A stretch of 64,000 bases of DNA from Macrostomum hystrix (lineage: Eukaryota; Animalia; Platyhelminthes), in assembly GCA_950097015.1 (NCBI GenBank), contig CATNEN010000011.1:2108001-2172000 (forward strand), written 5' to 3'. The notes under the pieces were generated by a model. That model was not told the DNA's origin, made no database searches, and worked only from the letters and a program-made list of their open reading frames with translations. Within the stretch, counting starts at the first letter, position 1; every line of letters starts with the position of its first letter. This document shows positions 1-13,611 of this stretch, piece by piece. The position numbers and the translations under genes are program-made.

Positions 1-116
1 TAATAATTTAACAACGTGCTAAATGAAACGTTGCACGTGCAACGTACAACGTGCTAATACGAGTATAGGACTAAATGAAAGGTTAGAATATTTTTATAAG
101 CAGCGGAGCTCTCACA
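1..116 (-). repeat. 3' LTR (partial)
   Basis: 116/116 identity to 4389-4504; directly follows the polypurine tract on the minus strand. Confidence 0.95.
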
Positions 117-127
117 TTTTCTTCCTC
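117..127 (-). promoter_or_regulatory. Polypurine tract GAGGAAGAAAA
   Basis: Purine run directly abutting the TG start of the 3' LTR. Confidence 0.85.
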
Positions 128-276
128 AAGGGAGTTTGACGCAAATATAAGCAACAATAGAAATAAGAATCGACAAATAGCAATAGAAAATATTATGAGC
201 AAATAGTATAGAATAGCAGCGAAATACTCGTACATATGAAGGTTCTGATTGTCAGTCACTAGCGCAAAATCATTGA

Positions 277-3200
277 TTAGTCAACTTGAAGCTGCAACCT
301 GTCGGGCCGATTTCGGATCCGCTCGGGGTAGCGCCTCACCGAGCTGCCCGGTGGCTCAGCAGCCGCTGACGTTGGCACTGAAGCCGAGTCCGGAGCATTC
401 GAAGTCCCGCTAGCCGCATTCGATACCACTGGCGCCCGGTCTGTTCCAGGCTCGACCTCAGGTTGCACTGACACGATCGATGGTGCAGCTGCACGAGCTG
501 AGCACCGCGGACTAGAGTCGATGGTGGCAGACGGCATGGTCGGCTCGGACAGCATCTGGTCGATGTGGCGTCGTACGATGCCGTCGCCGACCTGGACGTC
601 ATAGTTGCGCTGGGCCGCAGAAACCGCGGTACCGGACACCCAGCCGGCGTCCTTGCCGAAGCCCTTGACTCGAACGATGTCGCCGACCTCGAAGGGTCGG
701 GAAGACCGCCCTGACTGCGCCGCGGCGTCCTGCCGATCTCGAACCCGGTCCACCACTGACGGCCGCAGGAGGTCCAACCTGGAGCGCAGCCGGCGCCCGA
801 ATAGCAGCTCGCTGGGAGACACGCCGGTTGTTGAATGCGGCGTGATTCGGTATGCGAACAGGAAGTTTTGCAGCGCCGCGGCAGAGTGACCGGACTTTCT
901 GATGTGCAGCTTCAGCGTCTGGACGAACCGCTCGGCTTGGCCGTTGGTTGCCGGATGGTATGGCGCCGATGTTATGTGTCGAATGCCGTTGCGGCTGGCG
1001 AATTCAGAGAACTCCTTTGACGAGAACTGTGGACCGTTATCGGAGACTAGTATGCGAGGTAGACCCAGGTGGCTGAAGACGTCTCGCAGATGAGCGATGG
1101 TGCTGCCGGCCGAAGTGTCAGTCATCTATCGAACCTCTGGCCACTTGCTGTGCGCATCGATGATAATCAGATAGACTCGCCCGTCGACAGGGCCGGCGAA
1201 ATCGACGTGAACACGGCTCCAAGGCTCGCTGGGAAATAGCCACGGGTGCGTTGGAGCCTTGATCGGATCAGCCTGATGAGCTTTGCAGGTTTCGCATGTT
1301 CGTGCCAGCTGCTCCAGCTCCTTGTCGAGCCCCGGCCACCAGACGAAGCTGCGTGCCAGGGCCTTCATTCGATTAGCACCTGTGTGCGACAGGTGCAACT
1401 CGCGTAAAACAGACTCACGCAGCGCTTCAGGGATGACCACTCGAGCTCCCCAGAGCAGACAGCCGACTTCGATCGTCAACTCGTGCTGTCGCTGAGCGAA
1501 GTCTGGGAACTCGGTGCCTTGCAGCTTCTCGCCGGACAGCAGAGCTCGCAGCAGCCTGGACATTGTAGGGTCCGCCTGAGTTGCTTTGGCGATCGCAGCA
1601 GCCGTCAGTGCGGCGTTGGAGTCCTCCACTAGCAGGAGCGAATGCACTGCCTCCTCCTCGTTGAAGGTTCCGCGCAGAGGCAAACGAGACAGGGAGTCGC
1701 AGTTCGAATGCTTCTCTGTAGGTCTGAACTCCATCGAGTACTGGTAGCCAGAGAGCCGAATGGCCCATCGCTGCATTCGGGCGGCCGCCCGGGTCGGAAT
1801 CTCCTTGTCTGGGCCGAGCAGTCCCAGCAGCGGTTGATGATCCGTGATGATTGTGAAATGACGGCCGTATAGGAACTGATGGAATCGATGGACACCATAG
1901 ATGATGGCTAGAGCCTCTTTGTCAAGCTGCGAGTAGTTGCGTTGTGCTGGCGTCAACGACTTGCTCGCGAACGCGACTGCGTGATCTCGGCCGTCCACGC
2001 GATGACTGAGGATGACCCCGATGCCGTAGGCCGATGCGTCGCACTCCAGCCTGATGGGCAGGTCCGGGTCAAAGTGCATCAGGGCCTTGGATTCGAGCAA
2101 CATCTGCTTGGAGGCTTGGAAGGCAGCGTCTTCGGTGGCGCCCCAATTCCAGGTGCTGCCCTTGGACAGCAGGCGGTTGAGGGGTGCGACGACTGAGGCT
2201 AGATTTGGCAGAAACTTGGCGTAATGCGTTAGCATGCCCAGGTAGGAGCGCAATTGAGACACATCGCTCGGAGCCGGCGCCTTTTGAACGGCTTCGACCT
2301 TGCTCTGTAGAGGCCGGAGGCCGTGCTGGTCGATCCTATGTCCCAGGTAGTCGATTGAATCTTGAAAGAATGCGCACTTGGAGACGTTGAGCCGCAGGCC
2401 CGCCTCCTGCAGCTTTCGGAGAACCTGGGTCAGGTTGGCCTTGTGGGCTGTCAGCGAAGCTCCAGTCACCAGGATATCGTCTTGGTATACTTGAACGCCG
2501 TCAAGATGCCCGAGCAGACTGTCGAGGACGCGCTGAAAAATCGCGCTCGCCGAGCTGATGCCAAATGGTAGACGGTTGACCTTGAATAGTCCGCGCTGCG
2601 TGTTGATGACGAGGTACTGCTTGCTGTCATCGGAGATAGGCAGCTGCAGGAATGCCTTCGCTAGGTCTAACTTGCTCCACTTGTGACCGCCACCCAGTCT
2701 GGCGAATAAATCCTCGATCCTCGGCAGCGGGTAGTGCTCCTGTTTGGCAACCTGGTTGAACGTGCACTTGTAGTCGCCGCAGATTCGAACTGAGCCATCC
2801 TTCTTGATCACCGGCACGATGGGTGCGGCCCAATCCGAGGTAGCAATCGGTGTGATGACACCATCCGCCTCCATGCGCTGGAGTTCGCGGTCGACGCTTT
2901 CACGCTGTGCGTATGGTACGGGTCGAGCCTTGTAGAATCGGGGTGCGGCGTTGTCCTGAATATGCAGGCTGACTTCTCCTAGGCGGTACTTGCCCAGGCC
3001 TTCGGCGAATACCTCCGGAAACTGACGAACTAGATCGGCAGCTACGTCATCGGGATTTGCAGCTACCGTGTTCACCGAGGCGGTCAGCCCTGGCCAGTCA
3101 AGCCGGATTGCCGCCATCCAGTCGCGGCCCAGGAGTCGAGCGCTGCCTTCAGAGACCACGAGCAGCGGAAGCGAAGCGGACTGACCGGCATGAACAACGT

Positions 3201-4226
3201 TCACCGTCACTACGCCAACTGGACGGAACTCCTGGTCAGTGTAGGTGCGCAGAGTTGACCTGGACGGGCGCAGCTGTAGGTGAGACAGGTGTGCCTCGTA
3301 GAACGCTTTCGGAACCAAACTGACGGCTGAGCCATGTCGAGTTCGAAGTGAGTCAGCACTTTCTCCACCTGCAGTGGCACCAGGATCGGAGATTTCGAAG
3401 CCGTTGAGAGGTGGTGAATCAGCTCAATTTCGTTATCCGCTTCGGAAGCCTCGGCTTCGTCGAGCAACTTCACAGACTCTGGAGACCGACAGACCTTTTT
3501 GAGATGACCGACTCTGCCACAGCGATGGCATTTCGCGTTGCGAAACTTGCAGGTCTGGCGTGGATGAATGCCGCCGCAGCTATCACAGCTGCCCGCAGTG
3601 GATGATGTAGCTCCAAGCGAGACCTTCTGCTTGTCGACGCGTTGTCTCCAAGCTGGTCCAGTCGAACCCGAAGTTGCGACTCTGTTGGTGGCAGGAGGGC
3701 GCGCCATCTCGCTGGAGTATTTGAGAGCCGACTCGAGGTCAGTGGCCAGCTTGATCATTCCGCTGTACGAATGGTCGGAGCTCTCCAAGAGCTTGGCGCG
3801 GAGGGTGTCGCTCTGCATGCCGAATAGAAACTGATCTCGGAGTCGCTCTTCCAAAGACGCGCCGAATTTGCAGTGGGCTGATGCGGACTTGAGCCCTGCT
3901 AGGAAGTCAGCAAAGGACTCTTCCTCGTGCTGGAGTCGGCGTTGAAACTTGAAACGTGCCACAAGCTCTGAGGGTGCTGGAGAGCAGTGGTTCTGGAGAG
4001 TTTCTTGCAGCACCTCGTAGGATAGGTCCGTCAACTTTTTTGGTTGGCACAGATCTCTAAGCAGCTTGTAGTATTTCTCGCCGATTGCCATGAGGAAAGT
4101 AGCACGTTTGGCTTCGGAAGTCTCGATCTTGTTGCATATGAAGTATTGCTCCATTCTTTCCACGTAGATTTCGAAGTCTGAGTCGTTTGAGAGCTCAGGA
4201 ATCTGACCACATGGCCTCGTCGCCAT
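277..4226 (-). pseudogene. gag-pol polyprotein with a 1-nt deletion in the protease D-T-G codons (about 3334-3335) and an in-frame TAG in integrase (1126-1128)
   Basis: gag frame reads FELD-MAQ. Restoring one base (GAC A[C]T GGC) gives FELDTGSAVSLVPKAFY in the pol frame. WPEVR*MTDTS is in one frame and splits the integrase core. Confidence 0.9.
4215..4225 (-). promoter_or_regulatory. Primer binding site TGGCGACGAGG, probably for tRNA-Ser(GCU)
   Basis: Lies just inside the 5' LTR; complementary to the CCUCGUCGCCA 3' end I recall for animal tRNA-Ser(GCU). Confidence 0.8.
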
Positions 4227-4504
4227 TGTGAAGAATTGAGAGAACCAGTCAGCGGTTTAATTGTCAGAAAAGTACGCGCTCACACTCGCATGCAGCGCGG
4301 GTCATTTATTTTATTTTATCAGCACGTTGGCATCAATGTACATATATTATGAACTGGATTAATGTACATACTGGCTTGGACAGGCAGGTAATAATTTAAC
4401 AACGTGCTAAATGAAACGTTGCACGTGCAACGTACAACGTGCTAATACGAGTATAGGACTAAATGAAAGGTTAGAATATTTTTATAAGCAGCGGAGCTCT
4501 CACA
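4227..4504 (-). repeat. 5' LTR (278 bp, TG...CA)
   Basis: Minus strand starts TGTGAG at 4504 and ends TTCACA at 4227, 1 nt before the PBS. AATAAA-type signals on minus at about 4305-4315. Confidence 0.92.
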
Positions 4505-4820
4505 GTCTGTATGACCGATTGATGGGATTGACTAGTCTGTATGACCGATTGATGGCATAGAACAGTCCGTATGGCCTATTGATGGCATAGAACAGTCCGT
4601 ATGACCAATTGATGGCATAGAACAGTCCGTATGACCAATTGATGGGATTGACTAGTCTGTATGACCGATTGATGGGATTGACTAGTCTGTATGACCGATT
4701 GATGGGATTGACTAGTCTGTATGACCGATTGATGGCATAGAACAGTCCGTATGACCAATTGATTGCATAGAACAGTCCGTATGACCAATTGATGAGATAG
4801 AACAGTCTTATGACCGATTG
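4505..4820. repeat. 30-bp minisatellite (GTCTGTATGACCGATTGATGGGATTGACTA variants), intronic, abutting the 5' LTR
   Basis: Direct inspection, about 10 units. Confidence 0.9.
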
Positions 4821-4862
4821 ATGTATAATTCTACAATGATCAATGCGTCTTTCATTGCCTAG

Positions 4863-7800
4863 GAGCTGATAGCCTACGGCATTTGCAATACAGTTGGCTC
4901 ATTCTTTCACTGCTGGCCAGCCGGTACGTCGCTGTCCCGATCAGCTGTTCAGGACAGCATGGGCGGCAAGACCCAAGTAGCCGCATTGTTCTCTTCAACT
5001 CTGCTGCTACTGGTGCTGCTGTTCATTGGCAAGTACTTTGAATCAGTGCCCAATTGCTGCTTGTCAGCAATCATTATTGTTGCAATCAAGGGCATGCTGG
5101 AGCAAGTTAAAGAGGCTCCGGTGCTTTGGCGACTGTCGCCCTACGATTTCTGGACATGGATTGTGGCCTGTCTGGGTGTGGTGTTCCTGGCCGTAGACTA
5201 TGGCCTAATCATTGGCCTGGCTTTCTCAATCTGCACCATCATTGTGAGGACTCAGGCGCCAACATCCTCAATTCTGGGCCGCATACCGGACACTGATCTG
5301 TACAAGAATGTGCAGGCCTATGATGATGTAAGCTGCTGTGCTCATAATATTTGTGCTTTCATCTACTTATTGTGTCTAACAGATAGAACACGTAGACTCC
5401 CACAACTAACAGATGGAACTGTAACAGGTACTCTCCATCTGTAACAGTTAGACTCCATCTGTAACAGTTAGACTCCATCTGTAACAGTTAGACTCCATCT
5501 GTAACAGTTAGACTTCATTTGTAACAAATAGTCTTCTTTAACAGATTACAGGTAGTCTTATATAACAGGTAGTCCTATGTTACTGGTTACAGGTAGTCTT
5601 TTGTAAGAGGTAATCTTCTTTATCAACTAGTTTCCTTCTGTAACATGTAGTGTAACAGACTAAGAGTTTACTCTCTAACAGGTTTCCACTCTCTAACAGG
5701 TACTCCAACCTCTAACAGGTACTCCAATATCTAACAGGTACTCCAATCTCTAACGGGTATTCCAATCTCTAACAGGTACTCCAATCTCTAACAGGTACTC
5801 CAATCTCTGACGGGTATTCCAATCTCTAACAGGTACTCCTATATCTAACAGGTACTCCAAACTCTAACAGGTACTCCAATATCTAACAGGTACTCCAATC
5901 TCTAACAGGTACTACAATCTCTAACAGGTACTCCAATCTCTAACAGGTACTCCAATCTCTAACAGGTACTCCAATCTCTGACGGGTATTCCAATCTCTAA
6001 CAGGTACTCCTATATCTAACAGGTACTCCAAACTCTAACAGGTACTCCAATATCTAACAGGTACTCCAATCTCTAACAGGTACTACAATCTCTAACAGGT
6101 ACTCCAATCTCTAACAGGTACTCCAACCTCTAAACACGTTCGTTTCCTTCCATCAATTGTCATATTTAATTATTCCCCAAATCCCAACTAATCTCCCCAG
6201 ATCGCCGAGGTGGACGGGGTGAAGATCTTTCGCTTCGAAGGCTCGCTATATTTTGCCTGCGCTGAGAACTTTCGAGACAGCCTCTATCACAAGAGCGGAG
6301 TGCACCCTAGGAAACTGCAGCTAACTCGGCGGAAACTCACTGACAAGTACGTCCGACTGGCTGCTAGGAAGATGCAGAAATCACCCGATGAGGTTAGGCG
6401 TGAGTTTTCCAAACTGCACGACAGTCAAAGATGCGAGGCATTGAACGAGTTCGGCCTGCGATGGCCGCCAGTGCCCGTGCATCACGTGATTCTGGACGCA
6501 TCCACCTGGGGCTACATCGACTACGTCGGCGTGCGGGCTTTGAACCAGACCATTCAGGAGTTCAAAGAGGTCGGCATTAGAGTCTACTTGGCTAATCCTA
6601 AGTGTAAGCTGCGGATCTTGCTTTTTACTGTGCTTTTTTAGGGAGCCTCAGAGAGAGACAGTGGACCTAGAAGAGCCATAGACAATAGCAGCTCTTACCC
6701 TGATGCGTAAGAGACAGTAGCAGCTGTCTTACCCTTAGGTACCCTAGACAGTAATAGCTGAGACCGTGAAGGGCCATAGACAGTAGTAGATGTGACCCAG
6801 AAGTGTAAGGAACAGACGCAGCTGAGACTCTGAAAGGCCATAGACAGTAGCAGCTGAGATCCTGAAGTGTCATAGACAGTAGCAGCCGAGATCCTGAAGT
6901 GTCATAGACAGTAGCAGCTGAGATCCTGAAGTGCCATAGACAGTAGCAGCTTCGACCCTGAGTTGCCATAGACAGTAGCAGCTGAGATCCTGAAGTGCCA
7001 TAGACAGTAGCAGCTTCGACCCTGAGTTGCCATAGACAGTAGCAGCTGAGATCCTGAAGTGCCATAGACAGTAGCAGCCGAGATCCTGAAGTGCCATAGA
7101 CAGTAGCAGCTGAGATCGTGAAGTGCCATGCACAGTAGCAGCTAAGAGCCTGAAGTGCCATAGACAGTAGCAGCTTCGACCCTGAGTTGCCATAGACAGT
7201 AGCAGCTGAGATCCTGAAGTGCCATAGACAGTAGCAGCTTCGACCCTGAGTTGCCATAGACAGTAGCAGCTTAGATCCTGAAGTGCCATAGACAGTAGCA
7301 GCTGAGATCCTGAAGTGCCATAGACAGTAGCAGCTGAGATCCTGAAGTGCCATAGACAGTAGCAGCTGAGATCCTGAAGTGCCATAGACAGTAGCAGCTG
7401 AGATCCTGAAGTGCCATAGACAGTAGCAGCTTAGATCCTGAAGTGCCATAGACAGTAGCAGCTTAGATCCTGAAGTGCCATAGACAGTAGCAGCTTAGAT
7501 CCTGAAGTGCCATAGACAGTAGCAGCTTAGATCCTGAAGAGCCAGGGGTAGCGGATTCCAAGTACCCGTCACCCAAACCAGGGCCAATCAGATCGCCATG
7601 ATTTCCTGTCTCCAGGCGGTATTCGCGCCTGTCTGCAACGCTCTGACTTCTACGAAAAAAACGAGCCAGACCTGATCTACGTGTCCGTGCACGACGCTGT
7701 GCTGGCTGCCCTCAGCGAGCAGCGGGACAATGCCAGACCTGCGCTGAAAGCTGACCAAGATGGCGACAAAGCTGGATCATCATCATCAGCAGCAGCAGCA

Positions 7801-7905
7801 GCTGCTGTATCCAACAATGCTTTGTCAGTACCAACCGTAGCTATTGTTTCAAGTGAAGATGTTGACGACGAGGCTTCTGCTGACGAAGTCAGGGTGAAAA
7901 AGTAA
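4863..7905 (+). CDS. SLC26 family anion transporter (prestin/pendrin-like), last three coding exons: 4863-5327, 6201-6603, 7616-7905
   Basis: ELIAYG...SLSRSAVQDSMGGKTQVA and GRIPDTDLY transmembrane motifs; STAS motifs IFRFEGSLYFA, VILDAS, YIDYVGV, VSVHDAV. AG/GT sites with phases 0 and 1 fit. AATAAA at 8074. Upstream exons are outside the window. Confidence 0.93.
5438..6135. repeat. Intronic arrays: 20-bp (about 5438-5520) and 19-bp TCTAACAGGTACTCCAATC (about 5690-6135, with about 171-bp higher-order unit)
   Basis: Periodicity read directly; the variant GACGGGTATTCC recurs at 5809 and 5980. Confidence 0.88.
6660..7545. repeat. 32-bp minisatellite GCCATAGACAGTAGCAGCTGAGATCCTGAAGT filling an SLC26 intron
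   Basis: Period 32 (e.g. 7321 to 7353); left edge degenerate. Confidence 0.93.
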
Positions 7906-8769
7906 AATCGGACAGAATTTTCGATTTAAATGTTTTCTTTTTCTAGTTTGTCCATTTATTTATTCTAATTATCGCTCGCTGCTTACTACTCACGCATATC
8001 AATCAGTAGGGTGATCGGGACATGCGTTAAGCGACATGTGATAAAACTTCACATAATAGATTTAAATTAGCACAATAAAAGCCACAATATCAATATTTGC
8101 TTTGCTTTTTCCTGATTCTTTTTAGCAGACATTTCTTTTTTATCTTTTCTTAATTATAATCAACAAAGGCATAATGATTTTTTCTTTAAATCTTTATCTT
8201 AGCTTAATAGTGTTGTTTTAACTGTAATTCTATGCATAATCAATTGTTTATTATAATTATATAATACACTTATTACTATTGCTTATCTTCATTGCCTATT
8301 TATTTATCTTACTGTGTTTATGGATATTAAAAAGATATCAGTTACTTAAAAATTAACATTCTTGTGATGTTATTCCAGAAATACACAAACGATATGAATC
8401 TCAGCGAAATTAACACCGAAGTTTTATTTGGTGATAATTGTTTTAAAATTTACGTATGTGCTTTTGATTATCCTGACAATTCAAGGGGCAGATGATACCA
8501 CACGGTGCTGTTTTCCCATTTTTGGGCTTTTAATTAGTATTCGGAAGTCAAGGTATGCATCAGATAGCGATAATTAAATTTATAGCGAGACTAATTAAAA
8601 TATAAGCCAATTAAAGCAGAGAAAGTATCTACAATTTTAAAAGTCAGATCACGTACACTGAAACTTTGGCTGACTATTAAGTTTGCCATGAATATATGAG
8701 GGCTAAATTAATGCAGCACACTTTGATGGTTTCCCTGAAAACTCTAGAAAAAGTCTGTCGAGACGTTGG

Positions 8770-10850
8770 TCACGAGACATGGTAGGAAACAGGATGGGAG
8801 ACAGGATAGGAGACATGGTAGGAAACAGGATGGGAGACAGGATGGGAGACATGGTAGGAAACAGGATGGGAGACAGGATGGGAGACAGGATGTGAGACAG
8901 GATGGGAGACAGGATATGAGACAGGATGTGAGACAGGATGGGAGACATGGTAGGAAACAAGATGGGAGACAGGATGGGAGACAGGATGTGAGACAGGATG
9001 GGAGACATGGTAGGAAACAGGATGGGAGACAGGATGGGAGACATGGTAGGAAACAGGATGTGAGACAGGATGGGACACATGGTAGGAAACAGGATGGGAG
9101 ACAGGATGGGAGACAGGATGGGAGACAAGGATGGGAGACATGGTAGGAAACAGGATGGGAGACAGGATGGGAGACAGGATGGGAGACATGGTAGGAAACA
9201 GGATGGGAGACAGGATGTGAGACAGGATGGGAGACAGGATGTGAGACAGGATGTCAGACTGGATGTGAGACAGGATGGGAGACAGGATGGGAGACATGGT
9301 AGGAAACAGGATGGGAGACAGGATAGGAGACATGGTAGGAAACAGGATGGGAGACAGGATGGGAGACATGGTAGGAAACAGGATGGGAGACAGGATGGGA
9401 GACAGGATGTGAGACAGGATGGGAGACAGGATATGAGACAGGATGTGAGACAGGATGGGAGACATGGTAGGAAACAGTATGGGAGACAGGATGGGAGACA
9501 GGATGTGAGACAGGATGGGAGACATGGTAGGAAACAGGATGGGAGACAGGATGGGAGACATGGTAGGAAACAGGATGTGAGACAGGATGGGACACATGGT
9601 AGGAAACAGGATGGGAGACAGGATGGGAGACATGGTAGGAAACAGGATGGGAGACAGGATGGGAGACAAGGATGGGAGACATGGTAGGAAACAGGATGGG
9701 AGACAGGATGGGAGACAGGATGGGAGACATGGTAGGAAACAGGATGGGAGACAGGATGTGAGACAGGATGGGAGACAGGATGTGAGACAGGATGTCAGAC
9801 TGGATGTGAGACAGGATGGGAGACAGGATGGGAGACATGGTAGGAAACAGGATGGGAGACAGGATGGGAGACAGGATGGGAGACATGGTAGGAAACAGGA
9901 TGGGAGACAGGATGGGAGACAGGATGGGAGACATGGTAGGAAACAGGATATGAGACAGGATGTGAGACAGGATGGGAGACATGGTAGGAAACAGGATGGG
10001 AGACAGGATGTGAGATAGGATGGGAGACATGGTAGGAAACAGGATGTGAGATAGGATGTGAGACAGGATGGGAGTCATGGAAGGAAACAGGATGGGAGAC
10101 AGGATGTGAGACAGGATGGGACACATGGTAGGAAACAGGATGGGAGACAGGATGGGAGACAGGATGGGAGACAGGATGGGAGACAGGATGTGAGATAGGA
10201 TGGGAGACAGGATGTGAGACTGGATATGAGACAGGATGTGAGACAGGATGTGAGACTGGATATGAGACAGGATGGGAGACAGGAGGTGAGATAGGATGGG
10301 AGACAGGATGGGAGACAGGATGGGAGACAGGATGTGAGACAGGATGTGAGACAGGATGTGAGACAGGATGTGAGACAGGATGTGAGACTGAATTAGAGAC
10401 AGGATGGGAGACAGGATGGGAGACGATGGGAGACATGGTAGGAAACAGGATGTGAGATAGGATGGGAGACAGGATGGGAGTCAGGATCTGAGATAGGATG
10501 TGAGACAGGATGTGAGACAGGATGTGAGACTGGATAAGAGACAAGATGGGAGACAGGATGGGAGACGATGTGAGACATGGTAGGAAAAAGGATGTGAGAT
10601 AGGATGGGAGACTGGATGTGAGACTGGATATGAGACAGGATGGGAGACAGGATGTGAGATAGGATGGGAGACAGGATGGGAGACAGGATGGGAGACAGGA
10701 TGGGAGACAGGATGTGAGACAGGATGTGAGACAGGATGTGAGACAGGATGTGAGACAGGATGTGAGACAGGATGTGAGACAGGTTGTTAGACAGGATGTG
10801 AGACAGGTTGTTAGACAGGATGTGAGACAGGGTGTGAGACAGGGTGGGAT
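8770..10850. repeat. 12-bp GGGAGACAGGAT array with an interspersed GGAGACATGGTAGGAAACAGGAT variant
   Basis: Direct inspection; a rare variant recurs at 9254 and 9795. Confidence 0.95.
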
Positions 10851-11936
10851 GTGATTAATGTCTGTGAGTGGTTGTCAGTAACTTAATTAAGTGGTCGCAA
10901 TCATTTATGAGAGCCAATTCTCATAAATCTGATAGATTCATTAAATGATTCAAATTCTAAATACTGATTGCCACCAATTCTTGCGATTCACTAATTTATA
11001 TTTAAAAAGCAAAATAGTTTAGTTTCTGTTCTATTTAAGTGCAGAAATATGGCAGAAAAAATATTATCTCTAGTAGAAGCCAGGGACTACCAAATACTAA
11101 ATTACAGGAGTATTAAGTAGTCCCTGAGAAAAGCTACGACCCCTACGAGTAATAACCTTTTTTGTGCGATGATTGACATCTTGGTCATGCATGGGCATTG
11201 CAGCATGGGCTGGCGTGGCGCTGCCTTATTGGAATTAATCGTGGGAGCACGGCACATTGCTACTGCACAAGAGCAGGCAGAGCAACACGAATGAGCCATG
11301 ATTGATGAAACCAAATAATAAAATACAGCAAAGCAATGACTCAGCAGTCTGATGGGGTTAGCTACAAATTGCTGCACTACACAACTGGAAAAAGTATTTA
11401 AGTCCTATGTGCAATAAACGATTCACAATTTATTTCGCTCCACCGCTTATAGTGTGTTGACCTAGAAAATAGAAAGTAGAGAGGAAATGTGAAGCAAGAA
11501 AGTTTTACGAGCTATATTGCAATTTTGAAAGAAGCAATGCGAGTGCTTTCTGTTGCCTAAACCAAGCAGGCGTGAGGTGAGCATAATGGATGAGGCTATT
11601 AAAATGAGGGAAATAGCTTTGTGCTGCGCAGCTCTGCACCCTCTGCCTCATTCAAGGGACAGAAGCCTGGGGTGCATGAGTCAAGCTCTCTTTTCAGACC
11701 CTCGCATTCCACCCTCAGTAAGCCTAACCCCGCCTAACAGTCCACACTCAACAACCTCAGCCGGCTTGCCCTAATTATCGATTTCCTCTCTATACTCGTA
11801 CCCTAGATAAGAGACCCCAGACCCAGATAATTGAGGCTTGAATGTACACTGCGTTGCGCGTTCTGGTCTGTACACTAACAGACGCGCACGAGTGAATGAA
11901 GCCTGCCCCTTTCCCTATGCCCGATTTTCCGGCCAC

Positions 11937-12020
11937 ATTGCCACTGGCAACGCAAACTCTACCAACCTAAACCCCGCGATATGAGTTGCTGTTGGATACC
12001 CCCGAGCGATGTTATAAATA
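11937..12020 (+). promoter_or_regulatory. Alpha-tubulin promoter: TATAAATA (12013-12020) with two X-box-like motifs (11937-11951, 11985-11999)
   Basis: TATA is about 130 bp upstream of the ATG. X-box similarity is by eye to the RFX consensus. Confidence 0.5.
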
Positions 12021-12148
12021 AGCGACCGCTGGCCCCGCCCTGCCGCCCTCATCGCCTGCCTCTGCAGCTTGTTCGAAGCTCTGTAAAGCGCGTCTTTCTG
12101 ATCTTGCGTCTCCACGCCTCTTTCTAGGCCACTAAAACTAAGGCAATC

Positions 12149-13611
<1,463 letters not shown>

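Larger units (their letters stand above)
1..4504 (-). mobile_element. Ty3/Gypsy LTR retrotransposon, Mag-like, single gag-pol layout, two inactivating lesions; 3' LTR cut by window start
   Basis: 1-116 is identical to 4389-4504 (LTRs). PBS and PPT present. Domain order gag (two zinc knuckles) - PR - RT (YQDD) - RNase H - IN (HHCC, DDE) is the Gypsy order. Mag assignment is from recalled family motifs. Confidence 0.97.

Noticed and set aside
3210-3340. Programmed gag-pol ribosomal frameshift
   Set aside because: No slippery heptamer at the junction, and the break falls inside the protease DTG codons; a 1-nt deletion explains it.
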